A DNA stretch of 64,000 nt, from the IMG/VR virus record IMGVR_UViG_3300032304_000757; one strand, 5' to 3'. The DNA is from an uncultured virus (IMG/VR IMGVR_UViG_3300032304_000757). Taxonomy: Duplodnaviria; Heunggongvirae; Uroviricota; Caudoviricetes. The notes under the pieces are model-generated. The model worked only from the letters and a program-made list of their open reading frames with translations, was not told the DNA's origin and ran no database searches. Position numbers and translations under genes: made by a program. Positions 38,217-48,341 of the stretch are shown here, piece by piece; positions within the stretch are counted from its first letter, which is position 1, and every line of letters starts with the position of its first letter.

Positions 38217-38233
38217 CCAATCGGTGCTATAAT
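38205..38233 (+). promoter_or_regulatory. sigma70-type promoter with extended -10
   Basis: TTGACA-17 nt-TATAAT with TGn. Confidence 0.9.
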
Positions 38234-38265
38234 TATTAGATACAGTTAATTCATAGGAGCAGACA

Positions 38266-39450
38266 ATGGTAACTAAAACTCGTGTAACTAAAAAGCAGGT
38301 AATCGAACATCGCACTCGTGCCGCTAAGGATCTAAGTCCAAAATGGGACGGCCACGAAACTATGTCTGCTGACGAGTTTAATCGTCACTTCCGTATGTCT
38401 ATGGATTACTATCGTTTAGAGCACAGCGGTAAAGATCTTAAACCCAAAGTTATCAATTGGATGAGTGCTAACGGTTATACCAAAGAGCAGATTAAGACAT
38501 TCAAAGATACCAAAGACAATCGTTGTGGTACTACAATGGGTGCTATTGCTGCCAACCTACTCAAAGGTATGCCGCCTGTTCGTGCAGACTTCAATGAAGG
38601 TCGTAACACTGCTCAATGGTTAGGTACAGCAATTTCTAAAGTGGTTGAAGAAGGCAAGTTTGACGAACAAGAACCAGAAGAAGGTTCTGTAGAAGTTAAA
38701 CCAGCAGTTGTTCAGCCAAGTATTCAAGAACGACTGCGTGATGCGGCTGCTCGAATGACTGAAGAAATTGAGGACGCTCTCGAGGCATTTTCAGCGGATC
38801 CGGAATCTTTTGATCCAAAAGCATTTAAACTGTTAAACCTTTTACGAGGCAAACAGGCCAAAGCTGCTCATGCTCGTGTAATCAAAGACTTTTATATTCG
38901 TCAGCACGACGAACTTGTAGAAGCAGGTCAAGGTAAATGCGAACAGCTCAAAGAAGCATACGGCCATTTGAGCAAAGCAAACATGAAGAAGATTACTTTG
39001 TTTTACAGCGAGATTCTTTCAGCTTGTGATATGTTGGCACAAGAAGCCAAAGTCAATCGTGCTCCACGTAAATCCAAAGCCAAGCCTGTGGAAAAGATCA
39101 TTGCCAAATTGAAGTTCATGAAACAAGACGACAAACTCAAAGTTGTTTCAATTAATCCCGCTGACATTGTAGGAGCAAAGGAACTGTGGATCTTTAATGC
39201 CAAGACTCGTAAGTTAGGCAAGTATGTGGCCAAAGAGTTTTCTGAGTTGACTGTTAAAGGTACTAGTATCGTTAACTTTGATGAAGTTAAGAGTGTACAA
39301 AAAACTCTGCGTAAACCTGAAGAGCAGCTCAAAGAATTTAAGAGTGCCGGTAAGGTACAGTTGCGTAAGTTCTTAGAGGATATCAAAGCTGTAGATATTA
39401 AACTCAACGGACGTATCAACGAAGATACTATCCTACTCAAAGTAGCTTGA
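38266..39450 (+). CDS. hypothetical phage protein with Lys-rich C-terminal half
   Basis: AGGAG RBS, own promoter, 394 aa. Confidence 0.85.
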   Translation: MVTKTRVTKKQVIEHRTRAAKDLSPKWDGHETMSADEFNRHFRMSMDYYRLEHSGKDLKPKVINWMSANGYTKEQIKTFKDTKDNRCGTTMGAIAANLLKGMPPVRADFNEGRNTAQWLGTAISKVVEEGKFDEQEPEEGSVEVKPAVVQPSIQERLRDAAARMTEEIEDALEAFSADPESFDPKAFKLLNLLRGKQAKAAHARVIKDFYIRQHDELVEAGQGKCEQLKEAYGHLSKANMKKITLFYSEILSACDMLAQEAKVNRAPRKSKAKPVEKIIAKLKFMKQDDKLKVVSINPADIVGAKELWIFNAKTRKLGKYVAKEFSELTVKGTSIVNFDEVKSVQKTLRKPEEQLKEFKSAGKVQLRKFLEDIKAVDIKLNGRINEDTILLKVA

Positions 39451-39474
39451 TTAATCTTCGTAGCTAGTTTCTTA

Positions 39475-42027
39475 TTATCTTACGGCTATGCTAGAATTTC
39501 GATTGCCTGGGAATCTAACTAGAGGTGTTGCAGGATCAGCCAATTTAGCACCAAATCCGCTTGTTGACCACGCATACGTTGCGACCCATGGTGAAATATT
39601 TTGTAGGCCGATAATCAATGTTGGGTTTACAAGATCTTTTGTGAAAGTAATACCACCAGGATTAGTGTTTCCTAAAGGTGTTACGGGGTTAGCATACTTA
39701 GCACCAAATCCCGAAGCGTTGGTCCACGGCCAAGCATGTATACGGGGAACAGTACTGCCGTCACCAAATCCACCTGTTCCTAGTACGATTTCTGTACCAG
39801 CAGGACTCCACGCAACACTATAGCCTGTGGCGCCATGCTGGTTCCCAGGTACACCTGTGGGCGGTGTATATCTTGTGCCAAATCCTGTACCTGAGGCCCA
39901 GGACCAGACTTGTACAAACTCTGAATCTACGCTGGTTCCACCGAAGTGACTAAAAGCTATGGCATTGCCGCTGGGGTGCCATACAACATTATAAGCAGAG
40001 CTAACTTTAAACGGAGGATGAGCAGGATCGGCATACTTGGTACCAAAACCTGAAGCGGCACTCCAAGGATAAACTGATATAAAAGGTGCTCCTAGATGTG
40101 AGATAGCTATATCATTACCCGAAGGGCTCCATTGTACTCCGGTTACTGTATTATTTGATCCTGTGAATAATGATTGACTCGGATACGCATACTTAGTACC
40201 AAATCCAGTAACCGGGTCCCATGCCCAAACATCTATGCCTCCGAATCGAACCATTGCGATAGCATTATTATTTGGGTGAAACGCAATCGCTGCTGCAGAT
40301 GGGGTAATTCCTGTGCCGTCAGCAGGCGCTACAGCAGGATCAGAATATTTAGAACCAATAGTTAGACTACTTGGATCTGTTGAATAAATCTGTATGTATG
40401 GTGATGCTGTGCTGCCTATGGCCAACTTACTTCCAACAGGGCTGAATGCGACAGTTGTCGCCTCACCACCAATTGTTGGAGTTCCGGAATATTTGGTATC
40501 AATTGTTGAAGTCAATCGATACACTGCTACACCGTCAACTCCTTGTTGAAATGCTACCGCTCCAGAACTGGTACTAGTATCATTGATAGTTAAATTACCC
40601 GTAGTTAATATAACAGTGCCCGCTAGTTTTTCTACTTGTACTCTAAATGTTTCTGAACCTTCTGTCGACTCATCTGCGGTAGGTGTAACAGAAAACGTAC
40701 CGCTATTGGCAGTGATTGTAAACACATCTGTATTAACAACAAAATCATCTGGTCGATCTAGTATACGCCAACGCAAGACGGTGCCGGTATTAACGTTAGT
40801 GGTATTGATTGTTATAGTCAAAGCACTGCCTTCGTTTGTGTTGTTGCCTCCTGCTCCTTGAGAATAAGTAGGAACTGGCGAAGTTTGAAATTGTATTTGA
40901 CCCGAAGAAGTCAATCTTGTGATGCGATTCTGTGTAGTTCCATTGTATGAGGTAAAGGAGCCACCCAATGATATCGTTCCATCTGGTTGGACTGCTATGG
41001 CGTAGACTACGCTATTGAAACCTGTGCCAATGACAAAACCGGTATCACGTGTGCCATCTGCGTTCAATCTTGTGATGTAATTCTGTGTAGTCCCATTGTA
41101 TGAGGTGAAATTGCCACCTACCAATATCTTTCCATCTGGTTGGACTGCTATAGCGTAGACTCTGCTATTGAAACCTGTGCCAATGACAAAACCGGTATCA
41201 CGTGTGCCATCTGCGTTCAATCTTGTGATGTAATTCTGTGTAGTCCCATTGTATGAGGTAAACCAGCCACCTACTAATATCTTTCCATCTGTTTGTAGTA
41301 CCATAGTTTCGACATCGTTAGATAGACCTGTACCAATAACAAAACCGGTATCACGTGTGCCATCTGAGTTTACTCTTGTGATGCGATTCTGTGTAGTTCC
41401 ATTGTATGAGGTAAACCTACCAGCTAGTAATATCTTTCCGTCTGTTTGAACTACTATAGCATCGACATTGTCATTAACACTTGAGCCAGTGCCTACCGTG
41501 AAGCCTGTATCACGTGTGCCATTTGCGTTCAATCTAGCGAAGTTGGACTGTACATTTCCATCGTATAAGGTGAAGATACCACCTACTAATATCTTTCCAT
41601 CTGTTTGTAGTGCTATAGTAGTGACCGAGCCATTGAAACCCGAGCCCGTAGTAAAACCGGTATCACGGGTGCCATCTGCGTTCAATCTCGTGATACGAGT
41701 CTGGGCAACACCATTATATAAACTGAAATCACCGACTAGTAATATCTTTCCATCTGTTTGTAGTGCTATGGCTAGGACTGAGTTGTTAAAACCCGTGCCT
41801 GTAGTAAAACCAGCGTCACGTATGCCATCTGCGTTAAATCTCACAATACGATTCTGTGAGGTGCTACTGTGGGTAGTAAAAGTGCCACCTACTAATATCT
41901 TTCCATCTGATTGAACTGCTATGATTTCGACTGAGCTGTCGAAACTTAGGCCTGTGTTTATTACTTGAGGCAGACTCAGAGATGCGGCAGTAAGCTGTCG
42001 CTGTTTAATAGAAGTGACTCTTGGCAT
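39475..42027 (-). CDS. delta-60-repeat beta-propeller / Ig-like / second propeller protein (putative receptor-binding or adhesin)
   Basis: About seven QxDGKILVGGxF...RLNADGTRDTGF repeats, a TEGSETF Calx-beta-like segment, GFGTKYADP repeats. Confidence 0.85.
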   Translation of the reverse strand: MPRVTSIKQRQLTAASLSLPQVINTGLSFDSSVEIIAVQSDGKILVGGTFTTHSSTSQNRIVRFNADGIRDAGFTTGTGFNNSVLAIALQTDGKILLVGDFSLYNGVAQTRITRLNADGTRDTGFTTGSGFNGSVTTIALQTDGKILVGGIFTLYDGNVQSNFARLNANGTRDTGFTVGTGSSVNDNVDAIVVQTDGKILLAGRFTSYNGTTQNRITRVNSDGTRDTGFVIGTGLSNDVETMVLQTDGKILVGGWFTSYNGTTQNYITRLNADGTRDTGFVIGTGFNSRVYAIAVQPDGKILVGGNFTSYNGTTQNYITRLNADGTRDTGFVIGTGFNSVVYAIAVQPDGTISLGGSFTSYNGTTQNRITRLTSSGQIQFQTSPVPTYSQGAGGNNTNEGSALTITINTTNVNTGTVLRWRILDRPDDFVVNTDVFTITANSGTFSVTPTADESTEGSETFRVQVEKLAGTVILTTGNLTINDTSTSSGAVAFQQGVDGVAVYRLTSTIDTKYSGTPTIGGEATTVAFSPVGSKLAIGSTASPYIQIYSTDPSSLTIGSKYSDPAVAPADGTGITPSAAAIAFHPNNNAIAMVRFGGIDVWAWDPVTGFGTKYAYPSQSLFTGSNNTVTGVQWSPSGNDIAISHLGAPFISVYPWSAASGFGTKYADPAHPPFKVSSAYNVVWHPSGNAIAFSHFGGTSVDSEFVQVWSWASGTGFGTRYTPPTGVPGNQHGATGYSVAWSPAGTEIVLGTGGFGDGSTVPRIHAWPWTNASGFGAKYANPVTPLGNTNPGGITFTKDLVNPTLIIGLQNISPWVATYAWSTSGFGAKLADPATPLVRFPGNRNSSIAVR
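41011..41259. repeat. 153-nt-period coding repeat with an identical 96-bp block
   Basis: 41011-41106 equals 41164-41259. Confidence 0.85.
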
Positions 42028-45000
42028 TAGTTATAGGTGCTCAAACTGCCCAATACCGTCCATGCACTTGATGATCTTATCAGCATGAAATTTACGATAT
42101 CAGTATAATTATTCGTTCCTACCGGAATAGATCCGCCGCCCCATTGAATAGTCTGGGCGACTCCATCAATTTGTACTGCGGTTGGTAAACGAGCCGTAGC
42201 TCCTTGGTCCAGTATCAGTGCCACTGTGACAGATCTATTATTGGTAGTAGGGACATTGGTAAAGTTAGCAGTGAAATTGGCCGACATACTAGAGTGATAC
42301 CAGATACCCCCAGTCGAGTAATCATGTACTACTGTACCAGTGGCTCCGGTTTTAGTGTTTAAAACTTCAGTGGTTTGTTGTAGTGTTGTTAATGCCGATG
42401 CTGTTAAATTAGTAAACGTGCCAGCGGCTGCTGTGCTATTTCCAATACTAGTATTATTAATAGTACCAGCTGTTGCTGGATTAATAGTTACTGTACCTGT
42501 TCCCGTCGGACTAATAGTCACAACAGCATTTGCTGGACTTAACCCAACAGTTGAATTAGCATCTAATGTTGTAAAGTTGCCAGCGGCTCGTGTAGTAGCA
42601 CCTATGCTCATATTGTTGATAGAACCAGTGCCCGTCGACGTTAATGTTAACGTAGGAGTATTGGTAGCTGTTAATGTTATCAAGTTTGTATAAGCTGTTC
42701 CATCAACATCATAGGCCGCCAATGATAGTGTATTGCCATTAGCCTTACTAGATTTAAATTGTGTTCCAGAAACAAAGAATGCGTTGGCCGTAATGCTATC
42801 GGTGTCGTCACTACCAAATGTTAGATTACCGTCAACTTGTAGGTCGCCCGTAAAACTAGCTGATGTACCTTTTAATAGCTTGTTAAGATTCCAACTATTG
42901 TCCGAGCTGGCATAAGTGAATGTCGCTGACGCTCCTTCAACAGTTAATCCGGCACCGTTGGCTGCTGAAGCAGTAGGAGCTCCCTTAGCCACAGTGATAT
43001 TCAAATCTTCAACATCTAAGGTAGCTGTGTTTAATGTTGTAGTTGTTCCGTTAACAGTTAAGTCGCCTGTAACTGTTAGATTATTATTGACTGTGGTTGT
43101 ACCTGTACTAGGACCAATATTAATCGAAGTAGCATTAGTAGTTAAAAGATTAAATGTTGATTGATTAGTAGTTAGGTCGCCGCCCCTAATTTGAACGTCA
43201 GCATTGAATACCGCATTACTGTTAACAGTTAATGTAGAACTTCCTACGATATCTCCACCAACAGATAATGTTCCTGTTATTGAAGCATTTCTAGATACAA
43301 AGAGGTCTTGGCCTATTCGAGTGTTACCGGTTACAAATAAATCTTGAAATACTCGTATGTCGTTTTCTACAGTAAGATCACTATTCAGTGTTACTATAGG
43401 AACAAATGTAATTCCTGACGAATCACTGGTGTCAATAGTATCGCCCGTTACTACCAAGCTACCAAAGTTAATTGTAGTAGCAGCACCAAAAGCGTTGACA
43501 GTAGTTGCTGTGGTGTTTAATAGATTAAACGTTGTTTGGTTTGTAGTTAAGTCGCCACCTTTGATTTCTAGATCTAGATCAACTACTAGGTTATTATTAA
43601 CATTAGTTGTACCTGTAGCAGCACCTATGTCTATTGTAGTAGCTGCTCTAAAGGCATTGACTGTGGTAGCTACGGTATCATAGACATTCTGCGTTGTCTG
43701 AGTTCCTACAAGTGTAGGATTATTGATCGTGACAGTACCAGTGGTAGCACCGATATCAATTGTGGTAGCAGCACCAAAAGCATTGACTGTGGTAGCTACT
43801 GTATCATAGACATTCTGTGTAGTTTCTGTTCCTACTAGTGTAGGATTACGAAGCGTAACAGTGCCAGTATTCTTGCCGATGTTCAAAGTATCTGCGGCAC
43901 CAAAGGCATTTACCGTTGACGCATTGGTATTATATAAATCTTGAATAGCCACTGTACCAACTACAATAGGATTTTCAATTGTTATTGTTCCGGTGTTAGC
44001 ACCAATGTTGATTGCTGTTGCTGATCCAAATGCGTTGACAGTGGTCGCGGTATTGTCTAAAAGATCAAATGTTGTTTGATCAGTGTTAAGTGTTCGAGTT
44101 CTTAATTCAACACCACCGGTTCCTGACGGATCAATAACTACATCGCCGTTGGAATTAGTACCCTGTATGACATTTTGATAGATGAATAAGCCGTCTGTGT
44201 TAATTCTATCACGAATATTAATGTCGCCTCGAAGATATACTTCTCCGTCAATACGGCCAAGATGGAGTTCACCAGCAGCAGTGTCAGTACGAATCATTTC
44301 GTTAACATAGATGGGACTGATTTCAAACTGAAGATTGATTGGAAAATCTATATAACCTGTAGACAGTCCTGTCCAGCTAGTGATGATTCTAAAATTTGTA
44401 GGCCCAGTATTTGGTTCAGCATAGACATTTTGAATCGTATAGGCAAAACGTGATGTAGTACCCGATGCTGAATCTATTGTAACCCAAGTACCAGGACTTC
44501 CTGGAGTTTCTCTTTGTAGTACTACTGATCCAAGGGTTAGGGCTGATTCTGCTTTATAAGACGCAGAGTAGGTTAACGTTCCGGATACTGGTGTTGTAAA
44601 ATTAACATAGACCGCTTTCGCTGCTTCTGTCGTTGACGGTAGATCAATCTCCCCTGGACTATCTAGTGTTCCATCACCTGTGAGGTTAATAGGAATACCC
44701 GTAGTTCCAGTTGAGTTAAAATTAGTAATACCGTCCTCTCCGGGTATGCTTTGAATTATACCAACTTCTAAATTGTTAAGATATATGGTGTTAGAAGTAA
44801 TTGCTCCACGTTCTGTTACAGAATGAAGAGTGTCAGTTTCAGTAACTCCAAGTCCTTCAAATCTTAACTCAGTGTCACTGATACGAGTAATATTAATACC
44901 GCGGTCAACTGTAAATCTAATACTTTGATCGTCTGTGATGGTCGGACCAACTCGTCCGTATAGTCGTAGTTCTGTTGTTCCTACTGGCACATCAAAGTCG

Positions 45001-45479
45001 TATTCAGATCCAGAAATTGTAAAAGTATCTTGTTCTTCGCTGATATTTTCAAATACAATATTATTACCTGCTACAATGGTCATATTGTCGCGAACAGAAT
45101 CTGCTTCGAGATCGTTGCCGCCCGGGTCAGTGCCGTTGCCTAATAATCTAACTTTTCTAAAAAAGTCGTAATAGGCAGCACTATTTGGGTAAATGTTAGA
45201 TGTTTCAAACGAATGCAAGGAGCCCGAGCCTACTGATAACAGATCAATAGCTATACTGTCGCCGGCGTTTTCTTCAGTAAGAGCCAGTTTAAAAGTATTG
45301 ATAGAAACAAAAATTATGTAGTATTTGTAACCTTCTACAAGTGCTCCTATTGCGGTCCCGCCGCCAGTGTGATATATTACACCCTGACGATCTATAAAAC
45401 CGTGTCCATTTATTGTTATAATATCCGTACCTGTGTTGACAGCAACAGACGGATTAAAAGTATTAATCAGTGGCATCAT
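42027..45479 (-). CDS. tail-fibre-like structural protein
   Basis: Thr/Gly/Asn-rich; 42-aa ATTVNAFGAATTIDIG repeats; GDLTVNGTTTT motif. Confidence 0.8.
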   Translation of the reverse strand: MMPLINTFNPSVAVNTGTDIITINGHGFIDRQGVIYHTGGGTAIGALVEGYKYYIIFVSINTFKLALTEENAGDSIAIDLLSVGSGSLHSFETSNIYPNSAAYYDFFRKVRLLGNGTDPGGNDLEADSVRDNMTIVAGNNIVFENISEEQDTFTISGSEYDFDVPVGTTELRLYGRVGPTITDDQSIRFTVDRGINITRISDTELRFEGLGVTETDTLHSVTERGAITSNTIYLNNLEVGIIQSIPGEDGITNFNSTGTTGIPINLTGDGTLDSPGEIDLPSTTEAAKAVYVNFTTPVSGTLTYSASYKAESALTLGSVVLQRETPGSPGTWVTIDSASGTTSRFAYTIQNVYAEPNTGPTNFRIITSWTGLSTGYIDFPINLQFEISPIYVNEMIRTDTAAGELHLGRIDGEVYLRGDINIRDRINTDGLFIYQNVIQGTNSNGDVVIDPSGTGGVELRTRTLNTDQTTFDLLDNTATTVNAFGSATAINIGANTGTITIENPIVVGTVAIQDLYNTNASTVNAFGAADTLNIGKNTGTVTLRNPTLVGTETTQNVYDTVATTVNAFGAATTIDIGATTGTVTINNPTLVGTQTTQNVYDTVATTVNAFRAATTIDIGAATGTTNVNNNLVVDLDLEIKGGDLTTNQTTFNLLNTTATTVNAFGAATTINFGSLVVTGDTIDTSDSSGITFVPIVTLNSDLTVENDIRVFQDLFVTGNTRIGQDLFVSRNASITGTLSVGGDIVGSSTLTVNSNAVFNADVQIRGGDLTTNQSTFNLLTTNATSINIGPSTGTTTVNNNLTVTGDLTVNGTTTTLNTATLDVEDLNITVAKGAPTASAANGAGLTVEGASATFTYASSDNSWNLNKLLKGTSASFTGDLQVDGNLTFGSDDTDSITANAFFVSGTQFKSSKANGNTLSLAAYDVDGTAYTNLITLTATNTPTLTLTSTGTGSINNMSIGATTRAAGNFTTLDANSTVGLSPANAVVTISPTGTGTVTINPATAGTINNTSIGNSTAAAGTFTNLTASALTTLQQTTEVLNTKTGATGTVVHDYSTGGIWYHSSMSANFTANFTNVPTTNNRSVTVALILDQGATARLPTAVQIDGVAQTIQWGGGSIPVGTNNYTDIVNFMLIRSSSAWTVLGSLSTYN

Positions 45480-45531
45480 TTATCCTTTACTCAGTATTTA
45501 TTGTTCCTAGGATAGTATAAATATTGATACC

Positions 45532-46971
45532 ATGAAACAAAACCACATCGATCAAGCCATAGAATCCTTTGGACAAATGCTTAAAAACATTGAAGCAACC
45601 AAAGCTGCCACGCCATTTGACTTTAAAGAAGTAACCGACAAAATAGGGGAAATTGTCAAAGCAATACCCTACAATAGTATATCGGGCGATCAAATAGCAG
45701 GCGGAAAGATTAAGAGTTTTTCCAGTACAGGAATCGAAGACTCTGCTACAAATCCTACATTGTCCGTTAAAAACGGAACTATAGAAGCACCGAGTGCTAC
45801 TATTCCAGCATTAAAAGGTCGGGTTTTTATTGAAGACAGTCTAGTAGCCAATGAGCTTACTGTACTAAAAGATCTCACAGTGTCTGGTGTGCTACGAGCA
45901 AACGTAGAAGTTAACTACGCAGATTTCTTAAAACGTATTCCAAAGCAGGCAATATCGCAAGACCTAATAGGTCAAGGCACAATAAGAAATTTTGCCAGCA
46001 CAGGTATTCGCGATCAAAGCACAGGGTCAATTAAGATCACAATCAAAGACGATGCTGTTTATGTGGACAGTATTTCTGTTGGTACGATTCTAAACGATCT
46101 TAAAGTAGAAAAAACTATCAGAGCTGAGAGTGCCGAATTTACCGGCACAATCAAAGCCAAACGTATCGAAGTATCTGAAATTAAATCAGATCTTAGATTA
46201 GAAAGAACATCAAGTTTAGAATTCAAACACGCACCCGATAATCCGATCTACGGTAAAGGACTTGCTTGGACTGGATTGGGCCCAACTAAACAGTTTGTTC
46301 TTAAAGGTGAGGACAGTATTTTCTCTACGGAAAACATTGATCTTCAAACAGGAAAAAATTATCTAATTAACAATTCTGTGGTAATCAGTGAGAAGGAACT
46401 AGGACCAGGTGTTGTTAAGAGTCGCTTGAGAGAAGTAGGAATCTTAAAAGATCTCACAGTAATGGGCGATAGTAATCTTTCAAACTTTGTGTTCTTTAAT
46501 TCATCAGCCGAAAGAGTAAACATAGGTATCGGTGAAGCTAATGGCAAGTTTTCTGTCTTTGGTAATAACATCGAACTCAAGCACGACTTTGTTGATGGCA
46601 AGGCTGTATTTGGTACACATGGATATCAAGACTTATTATTTGTCACCGACAACACTTCTAGAGTTCAACTACATAACAACGGTCATATTACTCTTGGAAA
46701 TAAAAATACGCCACCCACACAGGTATTTGTACATGGTAAAATTGCTGTAGGTGTCAACAGTCCAGATCCTGCTGCGGATCTTCATGTTAATGGTTCGATT
46801 AAGTTTAACAATCATTTACACACTTACGGATCACAGGCACCCGAAACAGGTAATTACAATTCCGGCGACATTGTTTGGAATACCGATCCTAAACCTAATC
46901 ATCCAGTCGGTTGGGTATGTACTAGAGCTGGCAGTCCTGGCACATGGAGACCGTTCGGAATTATCAGTTAA
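45532..46971 (+). CDS. putative virion structural protein
   Basis: TATAAATA upstream; duplicated FSSTGIED/FASTGIRD; C-terminal GDIVWN...GWVC..G.PGTW. Confidence 0.7.
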   Translation: MKQNHIDQAIESFGQMLKNIEATKAATPFDFKEVTDKIGEIVKAIPYNSISGDQIAGGKIKSFSSTGIEDSATNPTLSVKNGTIEAPSATIPALKGRVFIEDSLVANELTVLKDLTVSGVLRANVEVNYADFLKRIPKQAISQDLIGQGTIRNFASTGIRDQSTGSIKITIKDDAVYVDSISVGTILNDLKVEKTIRAESAEFTGTIKAKRIEVSEIKSDLRLERTSSLEFKHAPDNPIYGKGLAWTGLGPTKQFVLKGEDSIFSTENIDLQTGKNYLINNSVVISEKELGPGVVKSRLREVGILKDLTVMGDSNLSNFVFFNSSAERVNIGIGEANGKFSVFGNNIELKHDFVDGKAVFGTHGYQDLLFVTDNTSRVQLHNNGHITLGNKNTPPTQVFVHGKIAVGVNSPDPAADLHVNGSIKFNNHLHTYGSQAPETGNYNSGDIVWNTDPKPNHPVGWVCTRAGSPGTWRPFGIIS

Positions 46972-47558
46972 TGGCAGCATTGGCAGTAGGCAACGGTGAA
47001 AGTCGATCGAAAATTAATTTAGATAAATTTTCAAATCATATTATTGTAGGTTGTAATGCTATTGTTAGAGACCGATGTGTTGATCATTTAATTTGTGTTG
47101 ATCGGCGTATGGTTAGAGAAGCACTACAACATGCTAACTGCCCCGATAACGTTTATACTAGACAAGATTGGATTAACGAATTCAAACATTTGTCTAAAGT
47201 ATTGCCAGTTCCAAAACTTCCATACCAAGGTTCAACTAGAGCAGACGAGCCCTTCCATTGGGGCAGTGGTCCATACGCTGTATTGAAGGCTGCGTTGTTA
47301 TCTGACTGTGTTGAACTACTTGGTTTTGATCTTTACAGCAATGATAGTCGCATAAACAATCTATACAAAGGAACGCCAAACTACAATGTTATCGATCATC
47401 ATGCTATCGATCCTAGGTATTGGATACATCAAGTTTCAATGGTGTTCACACATTTCCCTGATAAGTACTTTACAATTTACAACTTAGCTGAATGGCAATT
47501 ACCAGACAGTTGGTGTTTGGCAAATGTTTCTTTTAAATCACTTGACAAGCTAGAATAA
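46971..47558 (+). CDS. putative nonulosonate/sialyl-transferase-like (Maf/GT29-like) protein
   Basis: VGNGESR, VGCNA, LICVD, SG..A, LLGFD. Confidence 0.6.
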   Translation: MAALAVGNGESRSKINLDKFSNHIIVGCNAIVRDRCVDHLICVDRRMVREALQHANCPDNVYTRQDWINEFKHLSKVLPVPKLPYQGSTRADEPFHWGSGPYAVLKAALLSDCVELLGFDLYSNDSRINNLYKGTPNYNVIDHHAIDPRYWIHQVSMVFTHFPDKYFTIYNLAEWQLPDSWCLANVSFKSLDKLE

Positions 47559-47570
47559 AATCTGTAAACT
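47542..47570 (+). promoter_or_regulatory. sigma70-type promoter for queD
   Basis: TTGACA-17 nt-TAAACT. Confidence 0.75.
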
Positions 47571-47578
47571 GTATCAAC

Positions 47579-47630
47579 AGTGGCCTTTCATGACGTTCAT
47601 CCCACTTTAAATACTCTGCTCGTCATCAAA
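47579..47630 (+). promoter_or_regulatory. H-type pseudoknot in the queD leader (candidate riboswitch)
   Basis: AGTGG/CCACT stem crossed by ATGACG/CGTCAT. Confidence 0.55.
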
Positions 47631-47658
47631 CTTGCTACCTTAATAAAGGAGACTAGAG

Positions 47659-48183
47659 ATGGCAAAATATCTTTCAACAAAAACGTACGGCAACGACCGC
47701 GGACTTTCATGCTGTTTTAGACAGTGGAGAAGTACTCATTCACATTGCTCATTACTACACGGATACTCAATCGGTATCAAATTAATTTTCGAATCAGAAA
47801 CACTAGACGACCGTAATTGGGTTATGGACTTTGGCGGTCTTAAAGCGTTTAAAGAGTGGTCAGAATGGCAATTCGATCATACACTCTGCGTAGGAGCAGA
47901 TGATCCTCATTTAGAACTTTTTAAACAAATGGCTAAATTAGGAAAACAAGCCGAAGGTGGTATATGTGATCTTCGTATTGTAAAAGCAGTCGGCTGCGAA
48001 AAGTTTGCCGAATTAGCTTATAATACAATGAGTGAAATCTTAGCAGCGTATCAAACAGGCGATAGTTGGACACACCCAGACGGCCGTGTGTTTGAAGCAC
48101 GGTATCCTGTAGGTCATGGTGTTAAACTTCGTTCAGTTGAAGTATTCGAACATGCTGGTAATTCGGCAACATACGAAGGCTAA
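47659..48183 (+). CDS. queD: QueD / 6-pyruvoyl-tetrahydropterin synthase family
   Basis: HCSLLHGY, WVMDFG.LK, FDH, GCEKFA, VEVFE. Confidence 0.88.
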   Translation: MAKYLSTKTYGNDRGLSCCFRQWRSTHSHCSLLHGYSIGIKLIFESETLDDRNWVMDFGGLKAFKEWSEWQFDHTLCVGADDPHLELFKQMAKLGKQAEGGICDLRIVKAVGCEKFAELAYNTMSEILAAYQTGDSWTHPDGRVFEARYPVGHGVKLRSVEVFEHAGNSATYEG

Positions 48184-48341
48184 TGCGTAAAGCGTGGAGA
48201 GTGTGGGCTAAGGCTCTAGGCGAAAAAGCAGGTGCTACTAAGCAGGAAGCTGATACTGTAGCACTTGTTCGTACTGTCATTGTTCTTTGCTACATTATTA
48301 CTAACATGTTTATTATCGCAGGTGTTATAAGGCATTGGTAA
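48183..48341 (+). CDS. small membrane protein (52 aa, not in ORF track)
   Basis: MRKAWRVWAKALGEKAG...IIAGVIRHW*, TAATG overlaps at both ends. Confidence 0.8.
   Translation: MRKAWRVWAKALGEKAGATKQEADTVALVRTVIVLCYIITNMFIIAGVIRHW

Noticed and set aside
39475..45479. CRISPR array or diversity-generating retroelement
   Set aside because: Repeats are in-frame coding repeats without spacers; no reverse transcriptase or adenine-specific TR/VR pair seen
24475..48183. Complete 7-deazaguanine DNA-modification pathway
   Set aside because: QueC-like and queD genes are 22 kb apart in different contexts; no folE, clear queE or dpdA in this window, though they could lie elsewhere
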